Assembly (NCBI GenBank): GCA_965195345.1 | Contig: OZ239628.1 | Coordinates: 448,001-512,000 of the forward strand | Reading direction: 5' to 3' | DNA length: 64,000 nt | Origin: an uncultured Thiomicrospira sp. | GTDB taxonomy: Bacteria > Pseudomonadota > Gammaproteobacteria > CAKMZV01 | Shown here: positions 31,683 to 41,089 of the stretch, one piece after another | Layout: each line of letters begins with the position of its first letter | How positions within the stretch are numbered: position 1 is the stretch's first letter | Translations under genes and position numbers: made by a program | The notes under the pieces: generated by a model | Told to the model about the DNA's origin: nothing | Databases searched by the model: none | The model's input: only the letters and a program-made list of their open reading frames with translations

Positions 31683-32126
31683 ATGAGCAGACCATTAAAA
31701 TTCACACTACAGCAAATAGATGACGGCATAGAGGCGTACTTTACCTATTGTGCTATTGATGGTTGTGGTTATCCAATAGCTAAAGAACACAAAGCCCCAA
31801 CGATTACGGGGCTGGCGTGTTTTCTCAAAACCACCAGAGATTTATTGCTGGACTATGAAAAGAAGCCCAAGTTTTCCGACACGATAAAAAGAGCCAAGCA
31901 ACGCATTGAGGCTTACAATGAATATTTACTGCTGTCAAAATCTGGGCAAGTTGCAGGCGTGATATTCAACTTGAAAAATAACTTTAATTGGCAAGACAAA
32001 ACAGAGATAGAAACCAACTGCCAAGACTATGAACCAGTTAGAGTATATTTGCCTGACAACAATCGAGACCCTGAATTAACGCAAAGGTTGATTGAAAAGC
32101 AAGAGAGACTAAAAACAGGAAAATAG
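31683..32126 (+). CDS. terS: Terminase small subunit (P22 gp3-like DNA-packaging protein)
   Basis: RPLKF, PTITGLACFL, LLDYEKK..FSDTIKRAK.RIE, GVIFNLKNNFNWQDKTE. Confidence 0.82.
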   Translation: MSRPLKFTLQQIDDGIEAYFTYCAIDGCGYPIAKEHKAPTITGLACFLKTTRDLLLDYEKKPKFSDTIKRAKQRIEAYNEYLLLSKSGQVAGVIFNLKNNFNWQDKTEIETNCQDYEPVRVYLPDNNRDPELTQRLIEKQERLKTGK

Positions 32127-32218
32127 CCCCTATACAAAATCATTTAGGGGCAACAACAGGGGCATGTTTTTATTAATGAAAAATAAAAATGAATAAAATC
32201 AGTAAAATAAGAGCTTTA

Positions 32219-32284
32219 TTCAAGTCATCCCAGACCACCATATTTTTATCTGATACTATCCAATAATGTATATCAAACCTTTAT
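32219..32284 (+). repeat. attR (damaged tRNA-Ile 3' fragment plus downstream homology)
   Basis: TTCAAGTCATCCCAGACC-ACCATATTTTTATCTGATACTATCCAATAATGTATATCAAACCTTTAT; one substitution and a 1-bp deletion in the tRNA part relative to attL. Confidence 0.88.
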
Positions 32285-32501
32285 TAAATTAGGTTTTTGA
32301 TATTTCAATCGTCTCATAATATCCATCTTTTAGGTTGACGCTGTATTTAAAAGACTCGAAGTTGATTCAGGGATTGATTTGCAAGTCGTGGGAGATTGGT
32401 TATTTAGAGGAAATAATTCGATATCTATCAGTGATTTTTTTTGATCGCTTAATGATATCAAGTTGTAGAATTTACCGGCGATTTTTTGCAAAGGGTAATT
32501 T

Positions 32502-33857
32502 ATGATTTCTTTTGTGTGTGCTAATGAAATTCGAACACAGTTTTCTCAAGCCATGTCGGACATGTATAAGAAGGAAGTACCTGCTTATGGTGATTTGATT
32601 CGTTTGGTTGAGCGTGTCAATGAACAAGAGCTTGCAACAAATGCTTGTCTGCGCGAAGAAATGTTATTGCATAATAATTTAAAGCGTGTCAGTAGTGAGC
32701 GACACGGTGCTATCCGAATTGGCACAGCGTATGAATTATCCAACATCGCTAAAGTATTTGCTGTGATGCACATGCATCCTGTGGGTTACTATGATTTGTC
32801 TGTCGCAGGTATTCCAGTTCACTCAACCGCTTTTAGACCACTTTCTCCTCAGGATTTGCGGATAAATCCTTTTCGTATATTTACATCGTTATTGCGCCTT
32901 GAGCTGATTGCTGATCAAGATTTGCGCAGGCATGCCGAGAATATTCTCCAAAATCGTCAAATATTCCCTGAAGGGCTTCTTGAATTGGTTGAGTTGAAAA
33001 ATGCTCAAGGCGGTCTGACATATGATCAAACCGATGAATTTGTATCATTGACGGTAGAGATATTTCGATGGCATGAACAAGCGCAAGTAGATCAAGAAGT
33101 TTATGATACTTTGCATAAGGCGCATCGATTGATTGCTGATGTGGTATCTTTTAAAGGACCGCACATTAATCACTTAACACCGCGGACGTTGAATATTGAT
33201 GCGGTTCAGGAAAAAATGTTAGGGTGTGGTATTACCCCTAAAGCCTTTATCGAAGGTCCTCCCAAGCGTAACGTTCCGATTTTGCTAAGGCAAACTTCAT
33301 TCAAGGCTTTGGAAGAGAAGATAATCTTCCCTCACCAAGGGGATGAAAAAATAGGTACGCATACAGCACGATTTGGTGAGATTGAAATGCGCGGGGCAGC
33401 GTTAACACCTAAAGGAAGGGTACTCTACGATGGGTTGTTGGAGGAGTTGCGCGCAAGAATAACCCCTGCCGTTGATGGTTCTAATGTCGAAGAATATCAC
33501 TCTGAAGAAGATGTTATTTTTAAGTCTTTTCCCGATGATATTGAATTAATGCGTAAGCAGAAAGTTGCGTACTTTGAATATCAACGCGTTGAAGGCTTTA
33601 AAGGTGCAATCAAAAATATTGAAGATGGTATCGCTCGAAAAGTCGTGCAATATACGCCTTTAGTATATGAGGATTTTTTACCTGTAAGTGCGGCAGGGAT
33701 ATTTCAATCTAATTTAGGAGATGATGCTGGAAGTCAAATGTCTAAAAAGCCAAATCGTTCACAATTTGAACAAGCGCTTGGGATGTCAGTAATTGATGAA
33801 TTTAAACTTTATGAACGGATTGAAAGCGCATCTTTGCAAAAGGTATTGATTAATTGA
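32502..33857 (+). CDS. hglS: 2-oxoadipate dioxygenase/decarboxylase (HglS/YdcJ, DUF1338)
   Basis: ERHGAIR, PVGYYDL, PVHSTAFRP, HINHLTPRTL, IEGPP, HTARFGEIE, YEDFLPVSAAGIFQSNL. Confidence 0.9.
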   Translation: MISFVCANEIRTQFSQAMSDMYKKEVPAYGDLIRLVERVNEQELATNACLREEMLLHNNLKRVSSERHGAIRIGTAYELSNIAKVFAVMHMHPVGYYDLSVAGIPVHSTAFRPLSPQDLRINPFRIFTSLLRLELIADQDLRRHAENILQNRQIFPEGLLELVELKNAQGGLTYDQTDEFVSLTVEIFRWHEQAQVDQEVYDTLHKAHRLIADVVSFKGPHINHLTPRTLNIDAVQEKMLGCGITPKAFIEGPPKRNVPILLRQTSFKALEEKIIFPHQGDEKIGTHTARFGEIEMRGAALTPKGRVLYDGLLEELRARITPAVDGSNVEEYHSEEDVIFKSFPDDIELMRKQKVAYFEYQRVEGFKGAIKNIEDGIARKVVQYTPLVYEDFLPVSAAGIFQSNLGDDAGSQMSKKPNRSQFEQALGMSVIDEFKLYERIESASLQKVLIN

Positions 33858-33882
33858 TGTATTCTTTTTTACGAGGTTTCTT

Positions 33883-34833
33883 ATGAAAATTGGTTTTATC
33901 GGTCTTGGGAATGTAGGCTCAAAGTTGTCTGGGAGCTTATTGCGTAATGCTTTTGATTTGACAGTTCACGATGTTAATGAGTCGTTGGTCAACAAATTTA
34001 TAGAGAAAGGGGCAAAAAGTGCGTGCTCTGGTAAAGACATTGCTGAAAAAGTTGATGTCGTCATTACTTGTTTGCCTTCTCCTGCTATTTGTGCTCAGGT
34101 CATGGAAGGTTCGGGAGGAGTGCTTGAAGGACTTAGTGAAGGGAAAATATGGTTGGAAATGAGTACGACCGAATCGCACGAAGTGAAACGGTTGGGGGAA
34201 AAGGTTCGAGCTATAGGAGCTATACCCGTTGATTGCCCCGTGTCGGGTGGCTGTCATCGTGCAGATACGGGAAATATTTCCATTTTTGCAGGTTGTGAAC
34301 GTTCTGAATTTGAGCAGGTTTTGCCAATATTGACAACTATGGGTAGGCGTATTTTGCATACAGGGCCACTGGGTTCTGCATCTATTCTTAAAGTAATGAC
34401 CAATTATTTGGCAACTGCTAATTTGATTTCATGTACGGAGGCTTTATCCGTTGCATGCAAAATGGGATTGGATATGAATAAAGTGTATGAAGCTTTTCGT
34501 ATTTCTTCAGGCAATTCTTTTGTCCATGAAACTGAATCGCAAGTTATTTTAAACGGCTCACGTGATATCAGTTTTACGATGGATTTGGTATTGAAAGACA
34601 TTGGCCTTTTCCAATCATTAGCTGATGAACATCAAGTCCCTCTCGAATTGTCGCCCTTGTTAGTGAAAATATTCAAAGACGGGATAAGATGCTATGGAGA
34701 ACGTGAGTTATCTCCAAACATCATTCGTCGGCTTGAAGATGCATGCGATATAAAAGTACTGGGTCGTGGATTTCCCAATGAAATGACTGATGATGAACCA
34801 GAGGAGCCTGGTTACGAAATTAAGCCACAGTAA
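33883..34833 (+). CDS. NAD(P)-dependent beta-hydroxyacid dehydrogenase family (3-hydroxyisobutyrate DH-like)
   Basis: GFIGLGNVG, EMSTT, DCPVSGG, catalytic K in ILKVMTN. Confidence 0.88.
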   Translation: MKIGFIGLGNVGSKLSGSLLRNAFDLTVHDVNESLVNKFIEKGAKSACSGKDIAEKVDVVITCLPSPAICAQVMEGSGGVLEGLSEGKIWLEMSTTESHEVKRLGEKVRAIGAIPVDCPVSGGCHRADTGNISIFAGCERSEFEQVLPILTTMGRRILHTGPLGSASILKVMTNYLATANLISCTEALSVACKMGLDMNKVYEAFRISSGNSFVHETESQVILNGSRDISFTMDLVLKDIGLFQSLADEHQVPLELSPLLVKIFKDGIRCYGERELSPNIIRRLEDACDIKVLGRGFPNEMTDDEPEEPGYEIKPQ

Positions 34834-34864
34834 GCAATATCACACTGATAAAAAAGCATTTAAT

Positions 34865-35764
34865 ATGAATATCGATTCTTCTTTGTACTTAAAAGGCTTT
34901 TTATTATCTGTATTTGCCGGCATATTGTGGAGTTTTGGCCCCATTTTGGTGTTACATATGCAAAGCCCTGAAGAGTATCGATTGCAATACTTGTTCTATC
35001 GAGGTATTGGGGTAACTGGGACTTTATTGATATATTTATTTATACGAGAAGGTATTTCTTGTTTTAAAAATTTCTCTCGCATTGGTTGGGAAGGAATGTT
35101 AGGCGGGACAGGGCTCGGGTTTGCTATGTTCTTCTTCATTTATTCGATAACGCTTACTTCAGCAGCAGTCACGCTATTTATGCTGGCAGCAATGCCTTTT
35201 ATGACCGCAATATTAGGGAATTTTGTACTTGGTGAGCGGTTGAAGAAGGAAACACTACTTTCTATGGTGATTGCTTTTTCAGGGGTGCTGCTTATTGCGT
35301 GGAATGATGCCGTGCGTGGTACATTTCTTGGGGCGGCCTATGGATTTTTAGCGGCGATTGGTTTTTCCATATTTACACTATCGCTACGTATGCGTAAGGA
35401 TGTGCCGAAATTCACTACTGTTATTTTTGGTGGGTCGGTGTGTAGCGTGATAGCTTTAGTCTTGGTAGGTGGGATTGGGAATGTTGAAATGCCTTCACAA
35501 AACATATTGCTTAGTTTCGGACATGGCGCATTGGTTGGTAGTGGATTAATACTCTACAGTATTGGAGCGAAGTATCTGCCTGCGGCTGAATTGGTTCTTC
35601 TGTCGTTGCTTGAAATTGCAGGAGGAATCCTTTGGGTAGCGGTGCCGTTTTTTGGTATTAGTCAAATACCAACCATCACAACAATGATGGGAGGAACATT
35701 AATTACTGCAGCAGTGTTGCTGAACGGTTACCTCGCCAAGCCCTCTATTCAACTTGGTAGATAA
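34865..35764 (+). CDS. DMT/EamA-family transporter
   Basis: About 10 TM segments, LWSFG, FVLGER; start uncertain (34790 or 34865). Confidence 0.85.
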   Translation: MNIDSSLYLKGFLLSVFAGILWSFGPILVLHMQSPEEYRLQYLFYRGIGVTGTLLIYLFIREGISCFKNFSRIGWEGMLGGTGLGFAMFFFIYSITLTSAAVTLFMLAAMPFMTAILGNFVLGERLKKETLLSMVIAFSGVLLIAWNDAVRGTFLGAAYGFLAAIGFSIFTLSLRMRKDVPKFTTVIFGGSVCSVIALVLVGGIGNVEMPSQNILLSFGHGALVGSGLILYSIGAKYLPAAELVLLSLLEIAGGILWVAVPFFGISQIPTITTMMGGTLITAAVLLNGYLAKPSIQLGR

Positions 35765-35833
35765 CTTCTTTGAATAGATGTAAATAGAATACATGCACCT
35801 GCGATGTATTGCTTCCTTGTTACTCTTAAGAAA

Positions 35834-37144
35834 TTATTGTACCGATTCAATCGCTTCGCGAGCCACTGAAAATATGGTGTCTATTTCTTCTTTGTTAACA
35901 ATGAGGGGCGGAGAAATGGCGATGGTATCGGCAGTAACACGCAACATAACTCCTTTTTCCCATGCTTTGAGCATGACTTCAAAACCTCGCGCGCCAGGAG
36001 CCCCTTCGCGTTGTGACAGATCAAAAGCAGCAACCAGTCCAAGATTACGAGTGTCGGTTATGTGTTCCAAATCTTTCAAGGAGTGGACTTTCTCTTCAAG
36101 ATAAGGAGCAAGGTCATTGGCACGTGTGTACAAATTCTCTTTTTCATAAATGTCAAGAGAGGCAATTGCAGCTGCGCATGCAACGGGGTGTCCTGAGTAA
36201 GTATAACCATGAAATAGCTCAATGGGCAACTTGGAGTTGTTAATGATGGCATCATAAATACTGTCATCAACCATGACCGCTCCCATTGGCAGTACACCAT
36301 TGGTAAGCCCTTTAGCCGTCGTAACAAGATCAGGCGTTATGCCAAAGTGTTCGCTGGCACTTGCTCGACCAAGACGACCGAATGCAGTGATCACTTCATC
36401 AAAAATCAATAAAATGTCGTGTTTGGTACATATGGCTCTTAAGCGTTCTAAATAGCCTTTAGGTGGAGGGTACACACCAGCAGAGCCTACCATTGGTTCA
36501 ACAATAACTGCGGCAATGTTTTGTGCGCCATGAAGCACCACAAACCGCTCAAGGTCATCAGCCAACCAATCGCCATGCTCAGGTTGCCCTTTGCTAAATA
36601 TATTTTCTGGTAATAGTGTTGAACGCATATGCGCAACACGCGGTAATAGGTTGCCGTAAAACATACGATTAGGTGCTATGCCACCGACCGAAGTGCCACC
36701 AAAATTAGTACCGTGATATCCCTTCTCACGCCCGATGAACATGGTTTTTCCAGAATTCCCCTTAGCTTGGTGATACGCCAAAGCAATTTTTAGTGCGCTA
36801 TCAACTGATTCAGAGCCGGAGTTGGTGAAGAATGCACGATTCAATGAACCTGGGAAAAGATTAGAAAGGCGTTGTGCAACTTCAAATACTTTGGGGTGTG
36901 CAAATTGAAAACAAGGGGAGAAATCCAATTCAAGCAATTGTTTTCCAACTGCTTCTGCGATTTCTTCGCGTCCATGCCCAAGGCCACAGCACCATAAACC
37001 TGCTGTACCATCTAATACAGGGCGACCATCTGGGTCATAAAAATACATGCCTTTGGCAGAAGTAATTATCCGAGGATCCTTTTTGAAAAGGCGGTTAGAA
37101 GTAAAGGGCATGAAAAATGCGTCCATATTAGGAGAGTTTGTCAT
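35834..37144 (-). CDS. Class III aminotransferase (omega-amino acid/beta-alanine:pyruvate type)
   Basis: FFMPFT.NR.FK, DGTAGLWC, YHGTNFGG, FDEVITAFGR, AKGLTNG, FHGYTYSGHP. Confidence 0.9.
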   Translation of the reverse strand: MTNSPNMDAFFMPFTSNRLFKKDPRIITSAKGMYFYDPDGRPVLDGTAGLWCCGLGHGREEIAEAVGKQLLELDFSPCFQFAHPKVFEVAQRLSNLFPGSLNRAFFTNSGSESVDSALKIALAYHQAKGNSGKTMFIGREKGYHGTNFGGTSVGGIAPNRMFYGNLLPRVAHMRSTLLPENIFSKGQPEHGDWLADDLERFVVLHGAQNIAAVIVEPMVGSAGVYPPPKGYLERLRAICTKHDILLIFDEVITAFGRLGRASASEHFGITPDLVTTAKGLTNGVLPMGAVMVDDSIYDAIINNSKLPIELFHGYTYSGHPVACAAAIASLDIYEKENLYTRANDLAPYLEEKVHSLKDLEHITDTRNLGLVAAFDLSQREGAPGARGFEVMLKAWEKGVMLRVTADTIAISPPLIVNKEEIDTIFSVAREAIESVQ

Positions 37145-37408
37145 ATGCGTACCTAAAATGCTTGTAAAAGATATTGTTCAATGTTTAGCAGAAAGCTTAT
37201 GCAAAGTTTGAGGCATTCGTAATCTGTAAGTTACGATGAATTATGCCATATTTTGCATTGCAACAGTAGGCACATAAATTTAGATCATACCATTATTTTT
37301 TTTGCATGCACTTAAAGATGATTGGTGAATGCGGACGAATTGGGAATGTATGTAGGGGAGGAGATAAGGATATGAGGTAAAAATCCTAAAGTAATATTTA
37401 GTTGATTT

Positions 37409-38659
37409 CTATGTTTGAGGGATTGTTTTACCATGCGGATCTTTGTCCCTTTGATTGAGCTCCGCTTCAAGCCTAGAAGCAATTTCAGGAGTAATAACGT
37501 GCTCAGCATCCTCAGCCATATGATGAACTTGTGTTTTATCAACGCCCGCTTTTTCTATTAAGTACTGTTCCCATAAGCGATGATGGCGTGTGAGGGCAGA
37601 TGCTTTAGCGAGACCTTGATCGGTCAATTCCCAATAGTTATCTTTCTGAATTAAGTCTCCAGCTGATGTGAGTTGTTTGGCGGTTGTAAATAATTTGTCG
37701 GCGGGGAAATCTCTCACAGTTAGTACTTGATTAAGAGCAAATTTTTTGAGACTATATCTTTCATTGAGGAGAAATCCTGCACGCAGTAAATGTTCTTCAA
37801 GTGTGCGTTTGTGTTGTATTTTTTTAGCCCTAATACGTGTTAAGATACCTCGAGGTGCAAATAGAGAAGATAAGATAAATAAGATGGTTAAACCCATTAC
37901 TATCCATGGTCCAGTCGGAAAGCGTGTTGCTTGGGTGGAAATGAAAATGCCGAAGCACACGCTGATGCTGCTACACACCAAAGCCATTAGTAAAAGAGGA
38001 AAGAGGCGGTGACACCATTGTCTTGCAGTAATAGCTGGAATCAGTAGTAAAGCAGACATGAGGATAACGCCAACGAGTTGGAGACCAACGACTATTACGG
38101 ATACCAATAATACTCCTAATAGCACATCTACGAATTTTGGAGATAATCCTGCATAAGTACTGAAACGACGATCAAAAGCGCATGCGCGCATGCGCTGATA
38201 CATAAAAGTTACTCCGATAATGCAAGCGCTTAATACTAAGGTGAGTATTAAGATATCTTCAGGCAGTATGGCTGCTGCTTGTCCAAAAAATAATTTATCA
38301 AGCCCTCCTTTTTCAGGTAAAGGCAGACGTTGTATTATTGATAAGATGAGTACGCCAAGTGAGAAGAAAAAAGATAAAACCATTGCTAAGGCTGAGTCTG
38401 GACGAATGTTCTTAGCTTTGATAAGCCAATCAAGGATGAAGTACCCGAGTAGTGCCGCAATAGTGCCTCCCCAAAAAGTAACTGAAAGGCGGTTTGTGTG
38501 CGTCAAGAGAAAAGCAACTAAAACACCAGGAAGGGCACAGTGTGCGAGGGCATCACCAATAAGTGAACGGTTGTTTATGAAAGAAAAACAACCAATAAGA
38601 GCTGCGCTTATCCCAAGGATGATGCCACCACTTAATGCCCATATCGTATTGATGTCCAT
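37409..38659 (-). CDS. Mn/Zn/Fe ABC permease with C-terminal DtxR-like domain (MntC/TroC-type)
   Basis: SLIGDALAHCALPG, LFFGQAAA; C-terminal LTDQG..RHHRLWEQYL..AEDAEH..DPHG. Confidence 0.88.
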   Translation of the reverse strand: MDINTIWALSGGIILGISAALIGCFSFINNRSLIGDALAHCALPGVLVAFLLTHTNRLSVTFWGGTIAALLGYFILDWLIKAKNIRPDSALAMVLSFFFSLGVLILSIIQRLPLPEKGGLDKLFFGQAAAILPEDILILTLVLSACIIGVTFMYQRMRACAFDRRFSTYAGLSPKFVDVLLGVLLVSVIVVGLQLVGVILMSALLLIPAITARQWCHRLFPLLLMALVCSSISVCFGIFISTQATRFPTGPWIVMGLTILFILSSLFAPRGILTRIRAKKIQHKRTLEEHLLRAGFLLNERYSLKKFALNQVLTVRDFPADKLFTTAKQLTSAGDLIQKDNYWELTDQGLAKASALTRHHRLWEQYLIEKAGVDKTQVHHMAEDAEHVITPEIASRLEAELNQRDKDPHGKTIPQT

Positions 38660-38668
38660 GAGTTTTGT

Positions 38669-39415
38669 TTATATTTTCTCTTGAATCTCGCTCAGAAGAG
38701 GCAGAGAGTTACTGTACGTTTGGCGGATATTTTCCATAGTAAATGTTTCCTTTAGAGGTCCTTGTGCGATGATGCGCCGATTGAGTAGAAATACGTAGTC
38801 AAAGTATTCAGGGGTGCTATTTAAATTATGATGTACACACAACAGAGTAGCCCCTTCGCTTTGAATGATTCGAAGCTGATCAATTATGGCTTTCTCGCTT
38901 GCCATGTCAATGGCGGCAAAAGGTTCGTCCAATAGGTACAAACTGGCACGTTGAGCAATGGCGCGAGCAAGGAACATCCGTTGTTGTTGCCCTCCTGAAA
39001 GCTCACTAATATGTGCGTTCGCATATTCTACTAATGTTACTTTTTCTAATGCTTCCATTGCAATTTTTTTGTCTAACTTAGTGGGTCTTTGCCACCACTT
39101 TAGGTGGGGTAGTCTACCCATAAGAACGACTTCTTTTACAGTTATGGGAAAGTCCCAATCAACGTTGGATCTTTGTGGCATATAGGCAATAGTTTGCCTT
39201 TTTTCTTCGAGGGTTCCAGAAAAGAATCGAACGTCTCCAGACTCACACTCAGTTAGACCAAGTATTGCATTGATCAGAGTCGTTTTTCCAGCACCATTAG
39301 GACCAATAATTGCTGCTAATTTTTGTCTGGGAAGTTCGAGGTTTATTTCTTCCAAAACACGTTTTCCACGATAGCGCGTGTTTAATCCTTTGATATTCAG
39401 CGCTGGATAATTCAT
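38669..39415 (-). CDS. Metal ABC transporter ATP-binding protein
   Basis: GPNGAGKTT, PQR..VDWDFP, LSGGQQQR, LDEPF. Confidence 0.92.
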   Translation of the reverse strand: MNYPALNIKGLNTRYRGKRVLEEINLELPRQKLAAIIGPNGAGKTTLINAILGLTECESGDVRFFSGTLEEKRQTIAYMPQRSNVDWDFPITVKEVVLMGRLPHLKWWQRPTKLDKKIAMEALEKVTLVEYANAHISELSGGQQQRMFLARAIAQRASLYLLDEPFAAIDMASEKAIIDQLRIIQSEGATLLCVHHNLNSTPEYFDYVFLLNRRIIAQGPLKETFTMENIRQTYSNSLPLLSEIQEKI

Positions 39416-40305
39416 TTCAATGCATTTGATATGTTCGAAGCGTTGTGTTCAAGCATTCCTATGTACGTACCAGCGGGCTTGCCGATAATATCAAGTGAAT
39501 CGGAAAATAATTGACCACCAATAATAAGGTTGTACTTATCTTGTTGCATGGCTTGCTGTAAAGATTTAATAAAGCGTGGTGATATAGTGCTTTCAAGAAA
39601 GATGGCTTTTACTTTTGCTGAGGCGATGCGACGCTTAATACGTTGTATGTCTTTCAAACCAAATTCACTAACCGTACTGATACCTTGTAAAGAATCAACT
39701 TCAAGCTCATAGCGATTGCCAAAATAAGCAAAGGCATCATGCGCGGTTATTAGTAGGCGTTGTTTTTCAGGGATTTCATTAATAAGTTGCGCAATTTTTT
39801 TGTTTAGTAGGGTTATTTTTTTTCGAAATATTTCAAAATTTGTGTAGACTTCATTGCGTATTTGAGGATACTTTTTTGCAATGGATTCAGACAGATACAT
39901 AGAGCCTTGCAACCATAGTAGAGGATCCATCCAAATATGCGGATCAGTGGTGTTGGAATCAACCTTTATTAGCGATTTTTGAGGAACGCCGTCACTGATT
40001 TTGAGAATGGCTTTTTGGGTTGAAAGCTTATCAAATACCTCTTGCATGCGTCCTTCAAGATGCAGTCCATTGTAAATGATCAAGTCAGCATTTAATAAGC
40101 GCTTTACATCTCCTTGTGTGGGTCTGTATAGGTGAGGGTCGATGCCAGCAGGCATTAAAGTAACTACATTAGCACTATTGCCAACAAGCTGTTTGACAGT
40201 GTCTCCGAGTATATTGGTTGTGGTAACTATTTCAAGAGCAACGCTATTGTTTGTGAAAAACAATAGCAGTAATGTTAAAATGCGGGTTAAATTATTTTTA
40301 ATCAT
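39412..40305 (-). CDS. Mn/Zn ABC substrate-binding protein (TroA/MntA-type)
   Basis: DPHLY, NGLHLEG, DPHIW, TAHDAFAYF, FSDSL. Confidence 0.92.
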   Translation of the reverse strand: MIKNNLTRILTLLLLFFTNNSVALEIVTTTNILGDTVKQLVGNSANVVTLMPAGIDPHLYRPTQGDVKRLLNADLIIYNGLHLEGRMQEVFDKLSTQKAILKISDGVPQKSLIKVDSNTTDPHIWMDPLLWLQGSMYLSESIAKKYPQIRNEVYTNFEIFRKKITLLNKKIAQLINEIPEKQRLLITAHDAFAYFGNRYELEVDSLQGISTVSEFGLKDIQRIKRRIASAKVKAIFLESTISPRFIKSLQQAMQQDKYNLIIGGQLFSDSLDIIGKPAGTYIGMLEHNASNISNALK

Positions 40306-40347
40306 GATTAAAAATAGCCATTTTAACTATTCATCCACGCCTTGTCA

Positions 40348-41010
40348 ATGCAAAACGCAACAAAAGAAGATTATTTGAAGGTAATATTTAAGCTTTCGGA
40401 TGGAGAAGATAAAGCAGTAGCTACACAAGATATTGCTGCTAAATTAGGTATTTCATCTGCGGCGGTTACTTCAATGCTTAAAAAACTAGCAAAAGAAAAT
40501 TTAGTAAGTTACAAACCCTATTATGGAGTGCGGTTGTTGTTGGAAGGAAGAAAGGTTGCTGTTTCGACTGTGCGAAGACATCGTGTCATTGAGGAGTTTC
40601 TTGTTCGATTTTTACATATGGGGTGGGATGAAGTGGATGTAGAAGCCGAAGTGTTGGAGCATTGTATATCGGAGGACATTGTGCAACGCATGTGGAAAGT
40701 GCTTGGAGAACCTCAAACCGATCCGCACGGGTCTCCAATACCAGATGCTTCGGGGCAGTTCCATATTGAAGAAAGTGCTAGTGTCCCTTTAGTCCAGATT
40801 GATATTGCTGCTCTTTGTACTGTTGTGCGTATTAGAGGCGCTAGTCCTGAAGAGTTACGTTATCTCGAAAGTATTGGGCTGACGATAGGTTCTAAGTGTG
40901 AGCTTATAGACCGTGCACCGTTCAAAGGACCCATAATGGTAAAAACGAAAGTCAAGGTTTCTGCTTTGGATTACAGCTTTTGTGAGTCAATAATCGTTAA
41001 AAGAAATTGA
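40348..41010 (+). CDS. mntR: DtxR/MntR-family metalloregulator with FeoA domain
   Basis: EDYLKVI, HTH, RRHRVIEEFL, EAEVLEH, DPHGSPIP, C-terminal FeoA-like domain. Confidence 0.88.
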   Translation: MQNATKEDYLKVIFKLSDGEDKAVATQDIAAKLGISSAAVTSMLKKLAKENLVSYKPYYGVRLLLEGRKVAVSTVRRHRVIEEFLVRFLHMGWDEVDVEAEVLEHCISEDIVQRMWKVLGEPQTDPHGSPIPDASGQFHIEESASVPLVQIDIAALCTVVRIRGASPEELRYLESIGLTIGSKCELIDRAPFKGPIMVKTKVKVSALDYSFCESIIVKRN

Positions 41011-41037
41011 AACAATTTTGAGATTTAGTTGAAAATA

Positions 41038-41063
41038 AAAAACGCCTCATATGAGGCGTTTTT
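41038..41063. terminator. Bidirectional terminator between mntR and the RiPP precursor
   Basis: Perfect palindrome AAAAACGCCTCATATGAGGCGTTTTT between convergent genes. Confidence 0.8.
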
Positions 41064-41089
41064 ATATTTAAGGTGGTAGTTAGAATGTA

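Noticed and set aside
35834-37144. Taurine:pyruvate aminotransferase (tpa)
   Set aside because: Motifs fit the beta-alanine/omega-amino acid type; far from the tau cluster, which already has TauXY
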